Assembly (NCBI GenBank): GCA_951406725.2
Contig: OX597832.1
Location: 38,874,001-38,938,000 of the forward strand
Direction of reading: 5' to 3'
Length of the DNA: 64,000 nucleotides
DNA from: Octopus vulgaris
Lineage: Eukaryota
The position numbers and the translations under genes were made by a program. Below, piece by piece: positions 13,051-25,576 of the stretch. Each line of letters starts with the position of its first letter. Position 1 is the stretch's first letter. Below the pieces are notes generated by a model that was not told where the DNA came from, did no database searches, and saw only the letters and a list, made by a program, of their open reading frames with translations.

Positions 13051-13194
13051 AAGAAAAAGTGTGTGTATGTACATGCGTACAGGTCTGTGTGTGTATAAAA
13101 AACTGCAGTTTCTTTGATTTACTAACCTCAGTCTAACTTCACATCGGTAAATTTATGTTTCAATAAAAACTGCGTTTTTTTTTTCAGTAGAGAA

Positions 13195-13615
13195 AATAGC
13201 GAATTTATAAAGGAGAATAAAGATTTATATCCAGTTTTATTCAGTAGTTACTGATGTCTTTACGTTTCTACACCTACACATGTTTCTGTAGCAATTGACT
13301 AATGCACAATGCAAAATTTGCACCTTTATGTAGACTTATTGTATGTTGTCACTTTTTCAAGGTCGAATCAACCACATTTATCAGATAGAATCGAAATTAA
13401 ATACAAGTCCTGCCGAAACACACGTGATGTTGTCATTATTCCAAAAATAGCCTAGATTGTGACTTTTACAACTCTGCTGGGTAGAAACAAAATTACTACC
13501 TGTCCAAGGAACTTCAGAATTCTGCAGACATTGACCGTTCTTAAATGACCGTATTAATGCTCAGTATCAGGTTATCTTAAGTATGACTTTTACTGTCATT
13601 ATCCTCCCTCTCCCT

Positions 13616-13668
<53 letters not shown>

Positions 13669-14258
13669 TCGTGGCATATTCATGCCATTGACGAATCATG
13701 GCTTATTCCTCCTCCATTTATTTCTCTCTCTCGCAACATCACCCAGGTCTTTCTTGCTCTTCACATTCAATTCTCTTCTTCATCCAATCGAACATCTTCA
13801 TTCTCTGCCTTCCTCTTGCTCTCCTTATTAGAGGCAGCAATACCAAGAAGAGGTAGGATAAGTAAAAGACAGTAAAAGACAATAACCTGATAAGAAGCAT
13901 TACTAAAACCACTCACCATTTAAGGATGCTCTATGTCTGCAGAATACTAAAATTCCTTTGACAACTAACAATTTTGTCTTTAACCAACAGAGTTGCAAAG
14001 GTTACAATCTAAGCTATTTTTGGTACAATGACAACACCACGTGTATTTCGGTTGGACTTGGATTTAATTTTGATTCTGATAAATGTGGTTGATTCCACCC
14101 TGAAGAAGTGGTAACTAACAATAAGTGCACATAAATATGCAAATTTCGCATTGTGCAGTGGGTGTAGAAAAATGTGTCGGTGTAGAAACGTAAAGAAGTA
14201 GTTAACTGCTGAATAAAGCCAGATATAAATCTCTATTCTCATTTATTATAATTTCATT
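13195..14258. repeat. Diverged foldback: inverted arms of about 390 bp around a CT-rich spacer of about 270 bp
   Basis: About 13195-13595 is the reverse complement of about 13862-14258 (for example GAATCAACCACATTTATCAGA / TCTGATAAATGTGGTTGATTC). Confidence 0.8.
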
Positions 14259-14269
14259 ATATATATGTG

Positions 14270-14535
14270 TGTGTGGGGGGGTGTTCGTATACATCTATGT
14301 GTGTGTCTGTTTGTGTGTGTGTGTATGTGTGTGTATTTGTGTCTGTGTGTTTGTGTCTGTTCCCCACCACTGCTCGACAGCCGGTATTGAATTGGTTACG
14401 CCTTCATAACTTTGCAGTTCGACAAAAAGTGACCGATAGAATTACTACAAGGCTTTAAAAAATTTATTGGACTAAAAACTTTCAAGACAATGCCCCAGTC
14501 TGGCCGCAATCCAGTGACTGAAACAAGTAAAAGTA
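14270..14535 (+). mobile_element. 3' half of the microsatellite-bearing SINE
   Basis: (TG)-rich tract, then CCACCACTGCTCGACAGCCGG...GACCGATAGAAT...GTGACTGAAACAAGTAAAAG. Confidence 0.65.
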
Positions 14536-14927
14536 ATTTTCTCACAGAGTGACTAAATATATATAATTTCATATACGCACTTCATGAAAAACAGTCAGTG
14601 TTTTCGCTTTAGATAATAACAGATCTCTTCCATCAAACTTGCACTTGGTAAACACATTTATACGAGTAACGAACTGACAATTAGATGTCTTATGATCATA
14701 TATAACAACGTCTTTGACAGATTACAGCCCCCAGCAACTAATCGTTGAATGTTGTAAGATAAACTTTTGACTCAGCCTGGCAATACACGACGTTAGTCTC
14801 AATAATTAACACGTGAATTTGAAAAATGTAATGTTGTGATGTTCATGGATGTTGATCCGGTTAATAAAAATGGCTGAATACAAGAGTATTAAGAAAATAG
14901 TAGGAAATATTCATGATTTCATGTGCT

Positions 14928-15330
14928 AAACCAGTATACTCACCCTTATACCAGTATAGCTGTTTTAATAAAACTCTAACTTCTGGCACTTTATATTATC
15001 AATCACTACACAACTCCAGTTGTCTTCTCGACGCTCTAACCACTACCAAGTAGTCATACTAGTGTAGCCATTGCTATACCTCGGCAGTTGTCATAACACT
15101 ATAAGGACTATCATACAACGATCGCCACCACCACATCACTGCAGTTGATAGCTCAACACTGAACCCCTTCCACACAATCAGCCCAACATAACCATCACCA
15201 TACCACCGCAGTTATCTTCCTAACAACAATGTAAGATAAATATATCACTGCATTTGTAATAAACGTCTGTTATTGTCAGCGTACCAACGCAAATACTAGT
15301 ATACCACTGCTGCTGCTAATACTACACAAA
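14928..15330 (+). repeat. Dispersed direct duplication of about 400 bp, copy 2
   Basis: Matches 5813-6210, with a small indel near 15145. Confidence 0.9.
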
Positions 15331-16722
15331 GCATTGAGTAACAAAATTCTCCTATTGCCTCACTTGATGTCATTTAACTCAAAGTAAACCCAGATCCACC
15401 AGTCCGATAAAGAAAATATGTTCCTCTCCGCGGTAGCCCATCAATTTAAATATCTAAGACAATGTTTCTGAGATGAATTTATCCAACAGGTTTCTTCCTG
15501 CTTTAAAGACAACGTGGTTTGACTTGGCTGCTATTTCTAACATCTCGTGCAACTATGTATAGTATTGTCTTCTGTTTTGTCTTCTCCCCTTTTATTCTTC
15601 TCTTATTTTGAGTAGTACGAAATAGAAAAAAATTTATAAACACATTTATTTGTTACAGACGAGTGTCCTCTCCCGAGAGGAACCAACCGGTTGTTTGTTT
15701 CACGCACCGAGAAAACAAAATGAAGCAGAAATCCATTGGGAAAATAATTATACTAGCAAAAAAATACAAGGTTTATCCGATCGTCAAAAGATACAGTTTT
15801 GTCAAGAAAACACAGAACGTTCAAAATTTTCTCTAAACATGTAACTTGGTTACAGAAGAAATACTGCAAAATACTGTTGTTTTTATTTAGATAGCCACAC
15901 TTATCATTTCTACCTTAACACTAGAAAATAACAGAGAAGAGTCAATAAACCTCTCATTAATAGCAGAATATTTAAGTGATAGAGAGTTTGAAATAATGAT
16001 ATATATACATACATACATACATACATACATACATACATACATACATACATACATACATACATACATACATACATGGTGGCTGCCCCCTCGTTATCGAGTA
16101 TGACCATTGTTGTTATCGTGCAATGCCAGTGCATGAAGATTTTTTTTTAAGTGAGGAAAGGCTGTGTACTGAGTCAATCCCACTCACTAAGCAACAGCAA
16201 CCATAATCCGTAAAAAAGAACAAGGGAACATCATCGGCAACCACTGAACCGCAGTTTTATGTCGGAGTTATCCCAGTTACCTGAGTTACCTTCTCCTAGA
16301 AGGATGCTCTAACAAAGGCTAGGAGTCCTTCACTCTCAATGGTTTAACCGCGCGATGGCGTATTCAGTTTGATTATTTCTATGTCCCCGCGCATGATACA
16401 GCCTTGATACATACATACATACACACATACATACACACATACATACATACATACATACATACATACATACATACATACATACATACATACATACATACAT
16501 ACATACACACATACACGCATACATACTTACATAGATACATACATCGGTTAGCCGATCACCTAATTTGAACCCGTGCGATGTCTTTCTGTGCAAAAAAAAA
16601 GACACATATTTCATTCTTTACTCTAGTTTGCGTTTACTAAATCTAAAAATATGTCAAATCATTTTGCCGCAGCCTGATTATATATAATTACATGTATGTA
16701 CACTTACAAATTTACATATACA

Positions 16723-16791
<69 letters not shown>

Positions 16792-16889
16792 GTAAACGCA
16801 CACACACGCACATATATATATACATATATATATATATATGTATGCATATATATATATATATATATTTACATACACACACATCTATATAT

Positions 16890-17150
16890 ATGAATGCGCA
16901 TGGCTTTGTGGTTAGGGTGTTGCACTCACGACTGCAAAGTCGTGGTTTCGCATCCGAGACAGGGTATTGCGTTGTGTTATTGAGCGAAAACATTTCATTC
17001 CACGATGCACTGCGATCCTTTCCTCATTTGACATGTGACACATGGAGCACCTGTACAGGCAGCGACGAGTTGAAGGGGGCTGGGAGTGAGCTCATATGTA
17101 CACAAGCATTTGATCACTATAGATAAATCATATGTGTGGTTGTTCAGCAT
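16890..17150 (+). mobile_element. Old tRNA-derived SINE
   Basis: Degenerate A/B boxes (TGGCTTTGTGGTTAGG, GGTTTCGCATCC); homologous to the minus-strand copy at about 5490-5752. Confidence 0.65.
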
Positions 17151-17169
17151 GATTCCATGATCTATCTAT

Positions 17170-17246
<77 letters not shown>

Positions 17247-17247
17247 C

Positions 17248-17331
<84 letters not shown>

Positions 17332-17502
17332 TGGGAAATAAAGACTAGACGCGCATTTTTAGCGTTACACTTTGAGGATACAATGTTTACGGTAAAATAA
17401 GCATTAATTCTTACATTCTAATGCTTGTTTTTCTTTCTTTGTATATTTCTTTCTACTATTGTGGTTAATTTGCATGGACTTTACCCCTTTAAACTGAGTG
17501 TT

Positions 17503-18092
17503 TATTAGACCCATATAAGCCACATTGTTGTTATCAATTGAAAAAAGATTCTCTTCATCAGTGGAGGCGTCAAGAAATATTTATATTCATTCTGGCTTTG
17601 AAAATAAAACTTTCTTTGCCCGAACATCCCAACGATGGTTTGGTAAATTTCACCAAGAAAATGTTTTGTCACAGGTTCCATTCCAGTTGAACGACCAAGT
17701 TCTGTCAATATTGAGGTTCCGAATACCGTATTTGGGAAAATCCAAAACATGCTGCGAAAGAATTAGAAAACCTGTTCAGTCCGGGTCACACTTCTACCTT
17801 AAAACACATTCATAAACTGAGAAAAGTGTCTAACCTTGTCAATGGGTAACTTGATGGTTAGCATCCTGTGAAAGAGAAGAATCCATTCCTAAACCATTCC
17901 GAAATGCGAAAATAGTTATGCTCCGTGTTTGGTGGGATATTAAGGGCTTCTTTACCATGAAGTATTAAGTCAAAATGAGAAGCGCTGCCATCATAAAAAT
18001 TGCCTGTCGTTTACCAGTCGAAAAGGAGTATTAACTCTTACAAAATAACGCAGGACGATATACCGCCCAAGTCACACAGGATAAGATTATGG

Positions 18093-18146
<54 letters not shown>

Positions 18147-18380
18147 CTTTGCTTCATTCTCCTTGCTCTCTTGACCTTGCTTCACCTGGTTATCTTCTTT
18201 TCAGATGATTACATCTTCATTTAGAGTGAACAGATTTTATTAATTGTGAAGAGGTTAAAAATATCGAATGGTTCTTTACTTCGAAACTTGATGAATTTTA
18301 CGCTCGAGAGATCAATAATTTTCCCAAATAGATGGGACTTTGTTATCAATAGCGAGGGGAAATATTATCTTGATTAAATA
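17503..18380 (+). mobile_element. Decayed mariner transposase copy interrupted by (TA)n
   Basis: Remnants ASRNI...RTSQRWFGKF (HTH), KIVMLRVWWDIKG, and PCSLDLASPGYLLF (YSPDLAPSDY-like). Many stops and indels; boundaries approximate. Confidence 0.8.
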
Positions 18381-18498
18381 TACTAAGACGGAAGAAGTAT
18401 TTGTTCCTTTCCCATCTTGAAATGCGGAAGGACTTTCCACTCTAATATATACATATCGATCTTCATTACCATCTCTCCCACACGTACATGCGTATATG

Positions 18499-18552
<54 letters not shown>

Positions 18553-19053
18553 TATATGTATATATATATACACACATGCACACATATATGTGTGTGTGTA
18601 GTATGCATGATGTATGTATGTGTGTGTCATGTATGTGTAGTAAGAGAAAGGGAGAGAGAGAGAGAAGCAAGAATACATTACGCACTCAGACATACTGTGT
18701 ATGCCATGCCGTGTCGTATACATAACGATGAGCGTTATACATCCATAAACACATTTCTACATCATTACGTTAGACCACACAGGAAAACTGACACAGATAT
18801 CTGATTATAGCCTGTAATATCACAACATTCAACGTTTAAATTTCAATTATCCCAAGAGTAATAGTTATAGTGTTTGTACAGCGTCTGTCAGCCATATTGG
18901 AGTTTATACAAAGGAAAGAGAGCAAAATAGAAAATGTGAAGGAAAAGAAGATGAAGGATGAGGAGATGAGGAAGAAGTGAAAGGAATTAACTAACATCCC
19001 GGCCACACACACAAAATGCTTGTTTAATCCTTTTTATATTTATTGCAAAATAT

Positions 19054-19108
19054 AACTCGTAAACCCCGGGTCTCGTAAAGCGGTTGCTCGTAAAGTGAGG
19101 TATTACTG
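19054..19108. mobile_element. Possible terminal fragment of a pogo/Tigger-like DNA transposon
   Basis: CTCGTAAA occurs three times, followed by GTGAGGTATTACTG (reverse of a CAGT-starting TIR). The partner end was not found. Confidence 0.35.
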
Positions 19109-20038
19109 CACATAAATATATACTTCATCCCTCCTCTGTCTGTTCTTCCTTCATCTCCTCTTTTTTTTTTATCTCACTCCTTGTTCAGCTCCCTTGCTTT
19201 TGTTCTCCATGCCAAGGCCAAAGTACCTTGTGTTGGTTATGCTTGAAAGAATCTATACAAATACTATCACAGAACCCAAGTCAATCATTAAACAAACAGC
19301 GTGAAGCGTTCTCATTTTGTGCACATAAATTCCTCACGAACTTTCGATTTTACCTCAAATCTAAATGCATTAAAAAGCGTACCTGTGTATGACTCTCTTG
19401 CACATTGCTTTCACAGTAACATAGTTGAGATGTGGCATAAACTTGTTTAATTAAATTAGTATATTTACTTTATCTTATTTTGTTTTAGTCTCGTCTTAAT
19501 TCAACATACAACACTTAATTCCTATTATTATATTTTCACTCTTCACCTACCTCATAATTTATAATTTATATAATATCAATTTAAATTAAACACTAGTTAA
19601 ATTGCATTAATATATTTACTGCATTTAATTTATTTATTTAAACTATTTATTTACAATTGTTTATTTTATTTTAATTTAATTTGCATAATTTATTTTATTC
19701 TGAAACGTTATTCTTCACTATCTTCGAATCTAGTAATCACTTAATGTTCTAATTACTTCCAATGAATTTTAAATGATATTTTTATATTTTTTAAGATGAC
19801 GCCGTTATAATCCGGTGAAGTTAACCCCTGTTTTTTTTACTCCTCTACCCTACACCCTTCCTCCTATTACCCAGTAAACCCTTTCCCCATCACACGCCAC
19901 GCCAGAATTTCTATGCTAAACTGCTATTTTCCGAAGACTTTCTCTCTCTTGCTTACATCTCTCAAACATTACACCACCCCGTCTAGCTATTTCATAATTC
20001 TAACCCACACTAACGACACTCCCGGCAGTTAAACAACG

Positions 20039-20956
20039 GTCGCTGGATTTACCTCATGAATTCCTCAGTGTAACTTTGAGTGTATAACAAGTTTTAGAGA
20101 CGGAAAATGGAATATACTAGGAACTTTATTGCTTACAACGACCGTTTCGACCCATCTTGCAGTGAGATGCTGTTTTGAAAAGGATAAATTTATAGTATTT
20201 ATATTATGAAATTACAAAATCATGAGTTAAAGTTGTGACATAATGTACAGCGTTGGTTATGCTTTCATGAATTAAAATATTTACACAAACCAAAATTTGT
20301 TACGCAGTCATATTCAGGCGTAGTTTGTATTTTTTAACAAATATATTTTCTGTATTTAATTGTTCTTGTATCGAGGTTGTTTCCTTGCACTGTTAGCTTG
20401 GTTGGAAATTGCACTGAAGCTTGGTTGGAAATTCCATCCGCATTTCTGTATTTGTTCACTCGATGGTATCTGGCTATACCTTGGGAAATAGATCTATTCC
20501 TTATGCAGTGTGATACTTTATGGTTGCAGTCTGCATGGCTGCAATTTAATGCGTAAAACAAGTAAAAGTTAAAAGATACATACACATAGACACTCACACA
20601 AGCACACACACACACACACACACATACATATAGCAAGTGACGAAGACGGAGAATGGAATATACGAGAAACTTTATCGCTCACTATGATCGTTTGGACCCA
20701 TTTTACATCCATCCCTCGTTGGCGGGATACTGTACAACTGGTTGTGGTACATCCTTCGAAAACTGACCGAGATACGTCTGCAGCGAGGGATGCACCACAA
20801 CCAGTTGCACAGCATCTCACCCACGAGGATTAATGCAAGATGGGTCGAAACAATCGTTGTACGCAATAAAGTTTCTAGTATATTCCATTTTCAGTCTCTA
20901 AAACTTGTTATACACTCAACGTTACACTGAGGAATAAATGAGGTAAATCCAGCGAC
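20039..20956. repeat. Nested inverted repeats
   Basis: 20039-20173 is inverted relative to about 20811-20956, and about 20649-20755 is inverted relative to about 20787-20898. Confidence 0.8.
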
Positions 20957-21544
20957 AGTCACAGGGCGGTTACGTCCCCTGTCAGTCTATACATTGATCC
21001 CTTCTTACAGCATTTAGAGATTTTTAACTCTTATTTCTAGCAATGTATGTGCTTTGCCACCCTTCGTCACACTTAGTGACGATTAAGTATATATATACGC
21101 ATGTGTATGCTTAAGCATTTAATTTGGGAAGGAGAGAGATTGAGAGAGAAAGGGAGACAGAGCGAGAGAGAGCGAAACAAAGACAGAGAAATACTCTATC
21201 AGTTTCGTATTGCGTCATGGGATCAATGATAATAATATTTATCTAAAATAGAATCCTCTTTGATATTGGGAGTCTGCTATTTTATTCTTGTATTGAAAAT
21301 AAATCAAAATTTTTATTTATATTTTATCTCTTACATCTTTCTATCGTTTCAGTCGACAACATTTTTTCCTCTGTTCGTCTGTAAAATAATTCAATGTAAA
21401 TAACGTGCGTATATATATGCACACACACATATATGTATGTATATACATGTATATATATGCATATATATGTACGTGTTATGTGTGTATGTGTTTGTGTGCG
21501 TGGCTGTGTGTGCATATTTGAGTGTGTGTTGGTATAGGTGTAAA

Positions 21545-21788
21545 TATATATATATACATGTATTATACATACATATATACACACAGATTGATAGACACGT
21601 ACGTAGACGTATATGCGCTTGTATGTATTTACATATAAACAAATTTATCTTGCATGTATATACATATATATATATATATATATTATACATACATATATAC
21701 ACACAGATTGATAGACAGATAGATACGTACGTAGACGTATATGCATATGTATGTATTTATATATAAACAAATTTATCTTGCATATATG
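21545..21788 (+). repeat. Local tandem duplication of about 125 bp
   Basis: TATTATACATACATATATACACACAGATTGATAGACA...ATAAACAAATTTATCTTGCAT occurs twice. Confidence 0.8.
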
Positions 21789-21916
21789 AAATACATTCGT
21801 ATATATAGAGAGAAAGGGAGCGTGATAGAGTGAGAGAGAAGGAGGGAGAGATATGTAGGTATATTCATACATATATATATGTACGCATGTGTAGTGTGCG
21901 TGAATGGATGGAGTGA

Positions 21917-21962
<46 letters not shown>

Positions 21963-22515
21963 GTCGTTAATTATCTGCAATACATTCAGAAGAGTTGTCA
22001 CCATTGACAAATTTTTTCCTAGATGCCATCACTCTCGCTAATATAACGATCCAGCAATTGCTGACAGATTTCAAAACCAATTCGTCAGAGCAATTTTTTA
22101 AGATGTTTTGTGAACCATCTTTCAGAAACTCTATTAGGGCCTGATCTGTTGTGGCGGATACTATGGCAGCAGCATGAGTAATTAGTATCTGATTTTCCTC
22201 GTGATAAATAGTCACCGTTCTACCACGCACAGGAAGCGGAGTCCTACAGTCAATATAATAGCAAAGACTATTGCTTTCACGTTTCCAATTCCGACCTGCA
22301 TATGGCTTTGTGGGTGACCAGTGCGTGCATGCCGACTGATTGAAATGTCTTCCTCGCATGTATGTATATAGATGTGTGTGTGTGTGGGTGTTATAAACTC
22401 CGAATGACCCGTCTATGGGTCGATTTGTTCGACTAAAATGCTGTGCTCCAGCATGGCCCCAATCAAATCACTGAATCAAGTAAATGAATACATACACACA
22501 CATACATACATACAT

Positions 22516-22621
<106 letters not shown>

Positions 22622-22964
22622 GCACACACATTTTTACATGCGCGTTTACACATGGCACATAGTGAAAATTAACATCTGTGTTGATTTGATATTATCAAAT
22701 TTTAAATTTATATCTTCCTTTCATGTTTAATATATGCTTATTTGTGTTTGGTTAAAAATCAAGTCAATCTCATTTCTGCAGTATCTGAGTAGATACAACA
22801 GAGTATTTCCAATTTAGATTCAAGCATCACATTGTAAATGGTGTGAGGATTGCGGATGGAAGAAAGAATAAAGAACTTGTGGCTCATAAAGTTTCGGGTT
22901 GAAAATAAACGCAGAAACACACGCAAGCATATATATACATGTATATATGTATGTATGTATGTAT

Positions 22965-23048
22965 GTGAGCGTCATTAATACTTTAATTGTTCCACGTCCT
23001 GCGTTGCTGTGTTTTTTTCTCTTTTTTTCTGTGTTTTCTTGTTTGGAT

Positions 23049-23053
<5 letters not shown>
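22965..23053 (+). mobile_element. 3' fragment of the short pLTR-like family (hammerhead part absent)
   Basis: Near-identical to 56390-56470; runs directly into (TA)n. Confidence 0.6.
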
Positions 23054-23085
<32 letters not shown>

Positions 23086-23503
23086 CTGCTCGCCTAGCCA
23101 GCGGGGTGGCGTCATTTGAAGGCTAAAACAATGCAAAGCGCATTATGCCCAGCGATGTGTAGCATGGTCACGGTGATCAGGGTGATATATATATATATAT
23201 ATATATATCAGTAATAATAAAGGGTGAAATTAATTAATTTGGAATAATTATCAATTACACCAAGTAGATTTCGGCATGTAAAAGCCCCATTCGAGGAAAA
23301 TTTAAGTAATACTAAGTAATTAAGGGTTTAGCAACGAATTGCCTCACAAACACACCGAATTTAGAAATAGCAGTCAAAGAGATATAGCTATTCCTTCTAC
23401 TAAAAGGGGGATCTCAGTAAAAACACAGCATCTGAAAGGCAAACACAGACAGGTAAGAAAGAAAGAATGAAATGACGGCAATCCATCATACAATTTTAAG
23501 TTA

Positions 23504-23595
23504 CCTACGGTCGTACGTTTCGAAATCAAGTTTTAGGAGAGCATAAGAATTAGAAAATTCTACTTTACCCAAACTTCTTTTCTCATCGGCGCAGG
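23504..23595 (-). ncRNA. Hammerhead motif in the inverted copy with a mutated cleavage triplet (GAC instead of GUC)
   Basis: The minus strand reads ...TTTC GAAA CGTACG AC CGTAGG; U16.1 is lost through the substitution at 23511. Confidence 0.65.
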
Positions 23596-24172
23596 ATACC
23601 ACAATTATGAATAATTGTATATTAAATTTTGAGATACTAGAAGGCATTATCTCAACTCAGTGTCAGAGCGAGCCAAAGCATGACCAGTACCACGAAATTC
23701 AAAGTTTGAATGAAAGTTTGTGTCACCAGCCCCTTCCACCCGCGTGTAGCCAAGACAAAATGCTGCGGTCATTTACTGGGATAAAATATGGTTATCAGTA
23801 ATAATAATCTAAATTGGAAATTCGGTGTGTTGGTGAGGCAATTCGTTGCTAAACCCTTAATTACTTAGTATTACTTAAATTTTCCTCGAATGGGGCTTTT
23901 ACATGCCGAAATCTACTTGGTGTAATTGATAATTATTCCAAATTAATTAATTTCACCCTTTATTATTACTGATAACCATATTTTATCCCAGTAAATGACC
24001 GCAGCATTTTGTCTTGGCTACACGCGGGTGGAAGGGGGCTGGTGACACAAACTTTCATTCAAACTTTGAATTTCGTGGTACTGGTCATGCTTTGGCTCGC
24101 TCTGACACTGAGTTGAGATAATGCCTTCTAGTATCTCAAAATTTAATATACAATTATTCATAATTGTGGTAT

Positions 24173-24264
24173 CCTGCGCCGATGAGAAAAGAAGTTTGGG
24201 TAAAGTAGAATTTTCTAATTCTTATGCTCTCCTAAAACTTGATTTCGAAACGTACGTCCGTAGG
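24173..24264 (+). ncRNA. Type I hammerhead ribozyme motif, predicted cleavage after GUC at 24258
   Basis: Stem I CCUGCG/CGUAGG; core CCGAUGA (U4C variant); long stem II GAAA-AG-AAGUUUGGG...CCUAAAACUU-GA-UUUC; GAAA; minimal palindromic stem III C-GUAC-G; GUC triplet. Confidence 0.8.
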
Positions 24265-24760
24265 TAACTTAAAATTGTATGATGGATTGCCGTCATTTCA
24301 TTCTTTCTTTCTTACCTGTCTGTGTTTGCCTTTCAGGTGCTGTGTTTTTACTGAGATCCCCCTTTTAGTAGAAGGAATAGCTATATCTCTTTGACTGCTA
24401 TTTCTAAATTCGGTGTGTTGGTGAGGCAATTCGTTGCTAAACCCTTAATTACTTAGTATTACTTAAATTTTCCTCGAATAGGGCTTTTACATGCCGAAAT
24501 CTACTTGGTGTAATTGATAATTATTCCAAATTAATTAATTTCACCCTTTATTATTACTGATAACCATATTTTATCCCAGTAAATGACCGCAGCATTTTGT
24601 CTTGGCTACACGCGGGTGGAAGGGGGCTGGTGACACAAACTTTCATTCAAACTTTGAATTTCGTGGTACTGGTCATGCTTTGGCTCGCTCTGACACTGAG
24701 TTGAGATAATGCCTTCTAGTATCTCAAAATTTAATATACAATTATTCATAATTGTGGTAT

Positions 24761-24852
24761 CCTGCGCCGATGAGAAAAGAAGTTTGGGTAAAGTAGAATT
24801 TTCTAATTCTTATGCTCTCCTAAAACTTGATTTCGAAACGTACGTCCGTAGG
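24761..24852 (+). ncRNA. Type I hammerhead ribozyme motif, second tandem copy, predicted cleavage after 24846
   Basis: Same sequence as 24173-24264, exactly 588 nt downstream. Confidence 0.8.
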
Positions 24853-25049
24853 TAACTTAAAATTGTATGATGGATTGCCGTCATTTCATTCTTTCTTTCT
24901 TACCTGTCTGTGTTTGCCTTTCAGGTGCTGTGTTTTTACTGAGATCCCCCTTTTAGTAGAAGGAATAGCTATATCTCTTTGACTGCTATTTCTAAATTCG
25001 GTGTGTTGGTGAGGCAATACGTTGCTAAACCCTTAATTACTTTGTATTA

Positions 25050-25101
<52 letters not shown>

Positions 25102-25189
25102 TATATATATATGCATATATATATTCATGTTGATATGTATGCATGAAAATATGTATGTGTATATATATATAACTCAAAACTTAGATAAA

Positions 25190-25576
25190 ATTTAGATATG
25201 TTTTGCCTAAAGATTGGTCCAGGCCATGACTAACGTACCACTACTGATAGGATTTGCTAAATCTTTTTTAATTCAAGTTTTGTAGTATCATGGCCCAGTC
25301 CAGTAGGGAGTTCTTGTTGAGTAAGTTACATCCAGGTATAGCTGCCGTATGTGGTAGAAATTTGAAGAAATTTGTTCAGATTCCGCTTAAAGTTGATGGG
25401 TTCCTTTTCCTCTTTGGTCTGTTTTGGGACACTGTTAAATAGGGCAGGGTCTATTGAGAAAAAGAAATTGAGTTGCCGTGTATTTATGTCTTGTGATCCT
25501 GAATTGGGTAGGGGACATATGGTCCGGGATCCTAGACTTGGATGAATTCTAAAACTAAAGCTCACGTCGTTTGGGT
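25190..25576 (-). mobile_element. 3' fragment of a CR1-group LINE
   Basis: ORF 25326-25565 contains NFFFSIDPALFNSVPKQTKEEKEPINFKRNLNKFLQ, the typical CR1-group ORF2 C-terminal pattern (P-x-L-FN-x-LP...FK-xx-LD-x-FL). Confidence 0.65.

Larger units (their letters stand above)
23207..25052. mobile_element. 588-bp unit array (one copy inverted relative to about 2.1 tandem copies) carrying hammerhead ribozymes; Penelope-like pseudo-LTR or non-LTR retrozyme
   Basis: The unit recurs at 23821/24409/24997 (period 588); 23207-23807 is its reverse complement. Copies are nearly identical, with (TA)n on both flanks. Confidence 0.85.

Noticed and set aside
16075-16340. Possible RTE-type 5' UTR fragment or HDV-like ribozyme (also 44120-44270)
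   Set aside because: Only a vague resemblance; I could not build the nested double-pseudoknot pairings by eye.
23207-25052. CRISPR-like or viral interpretation of the repeat array
   Set aside because: Units are 588 bp and nearly identical, with no spacers and no ORFs, in a eukaryotic context.
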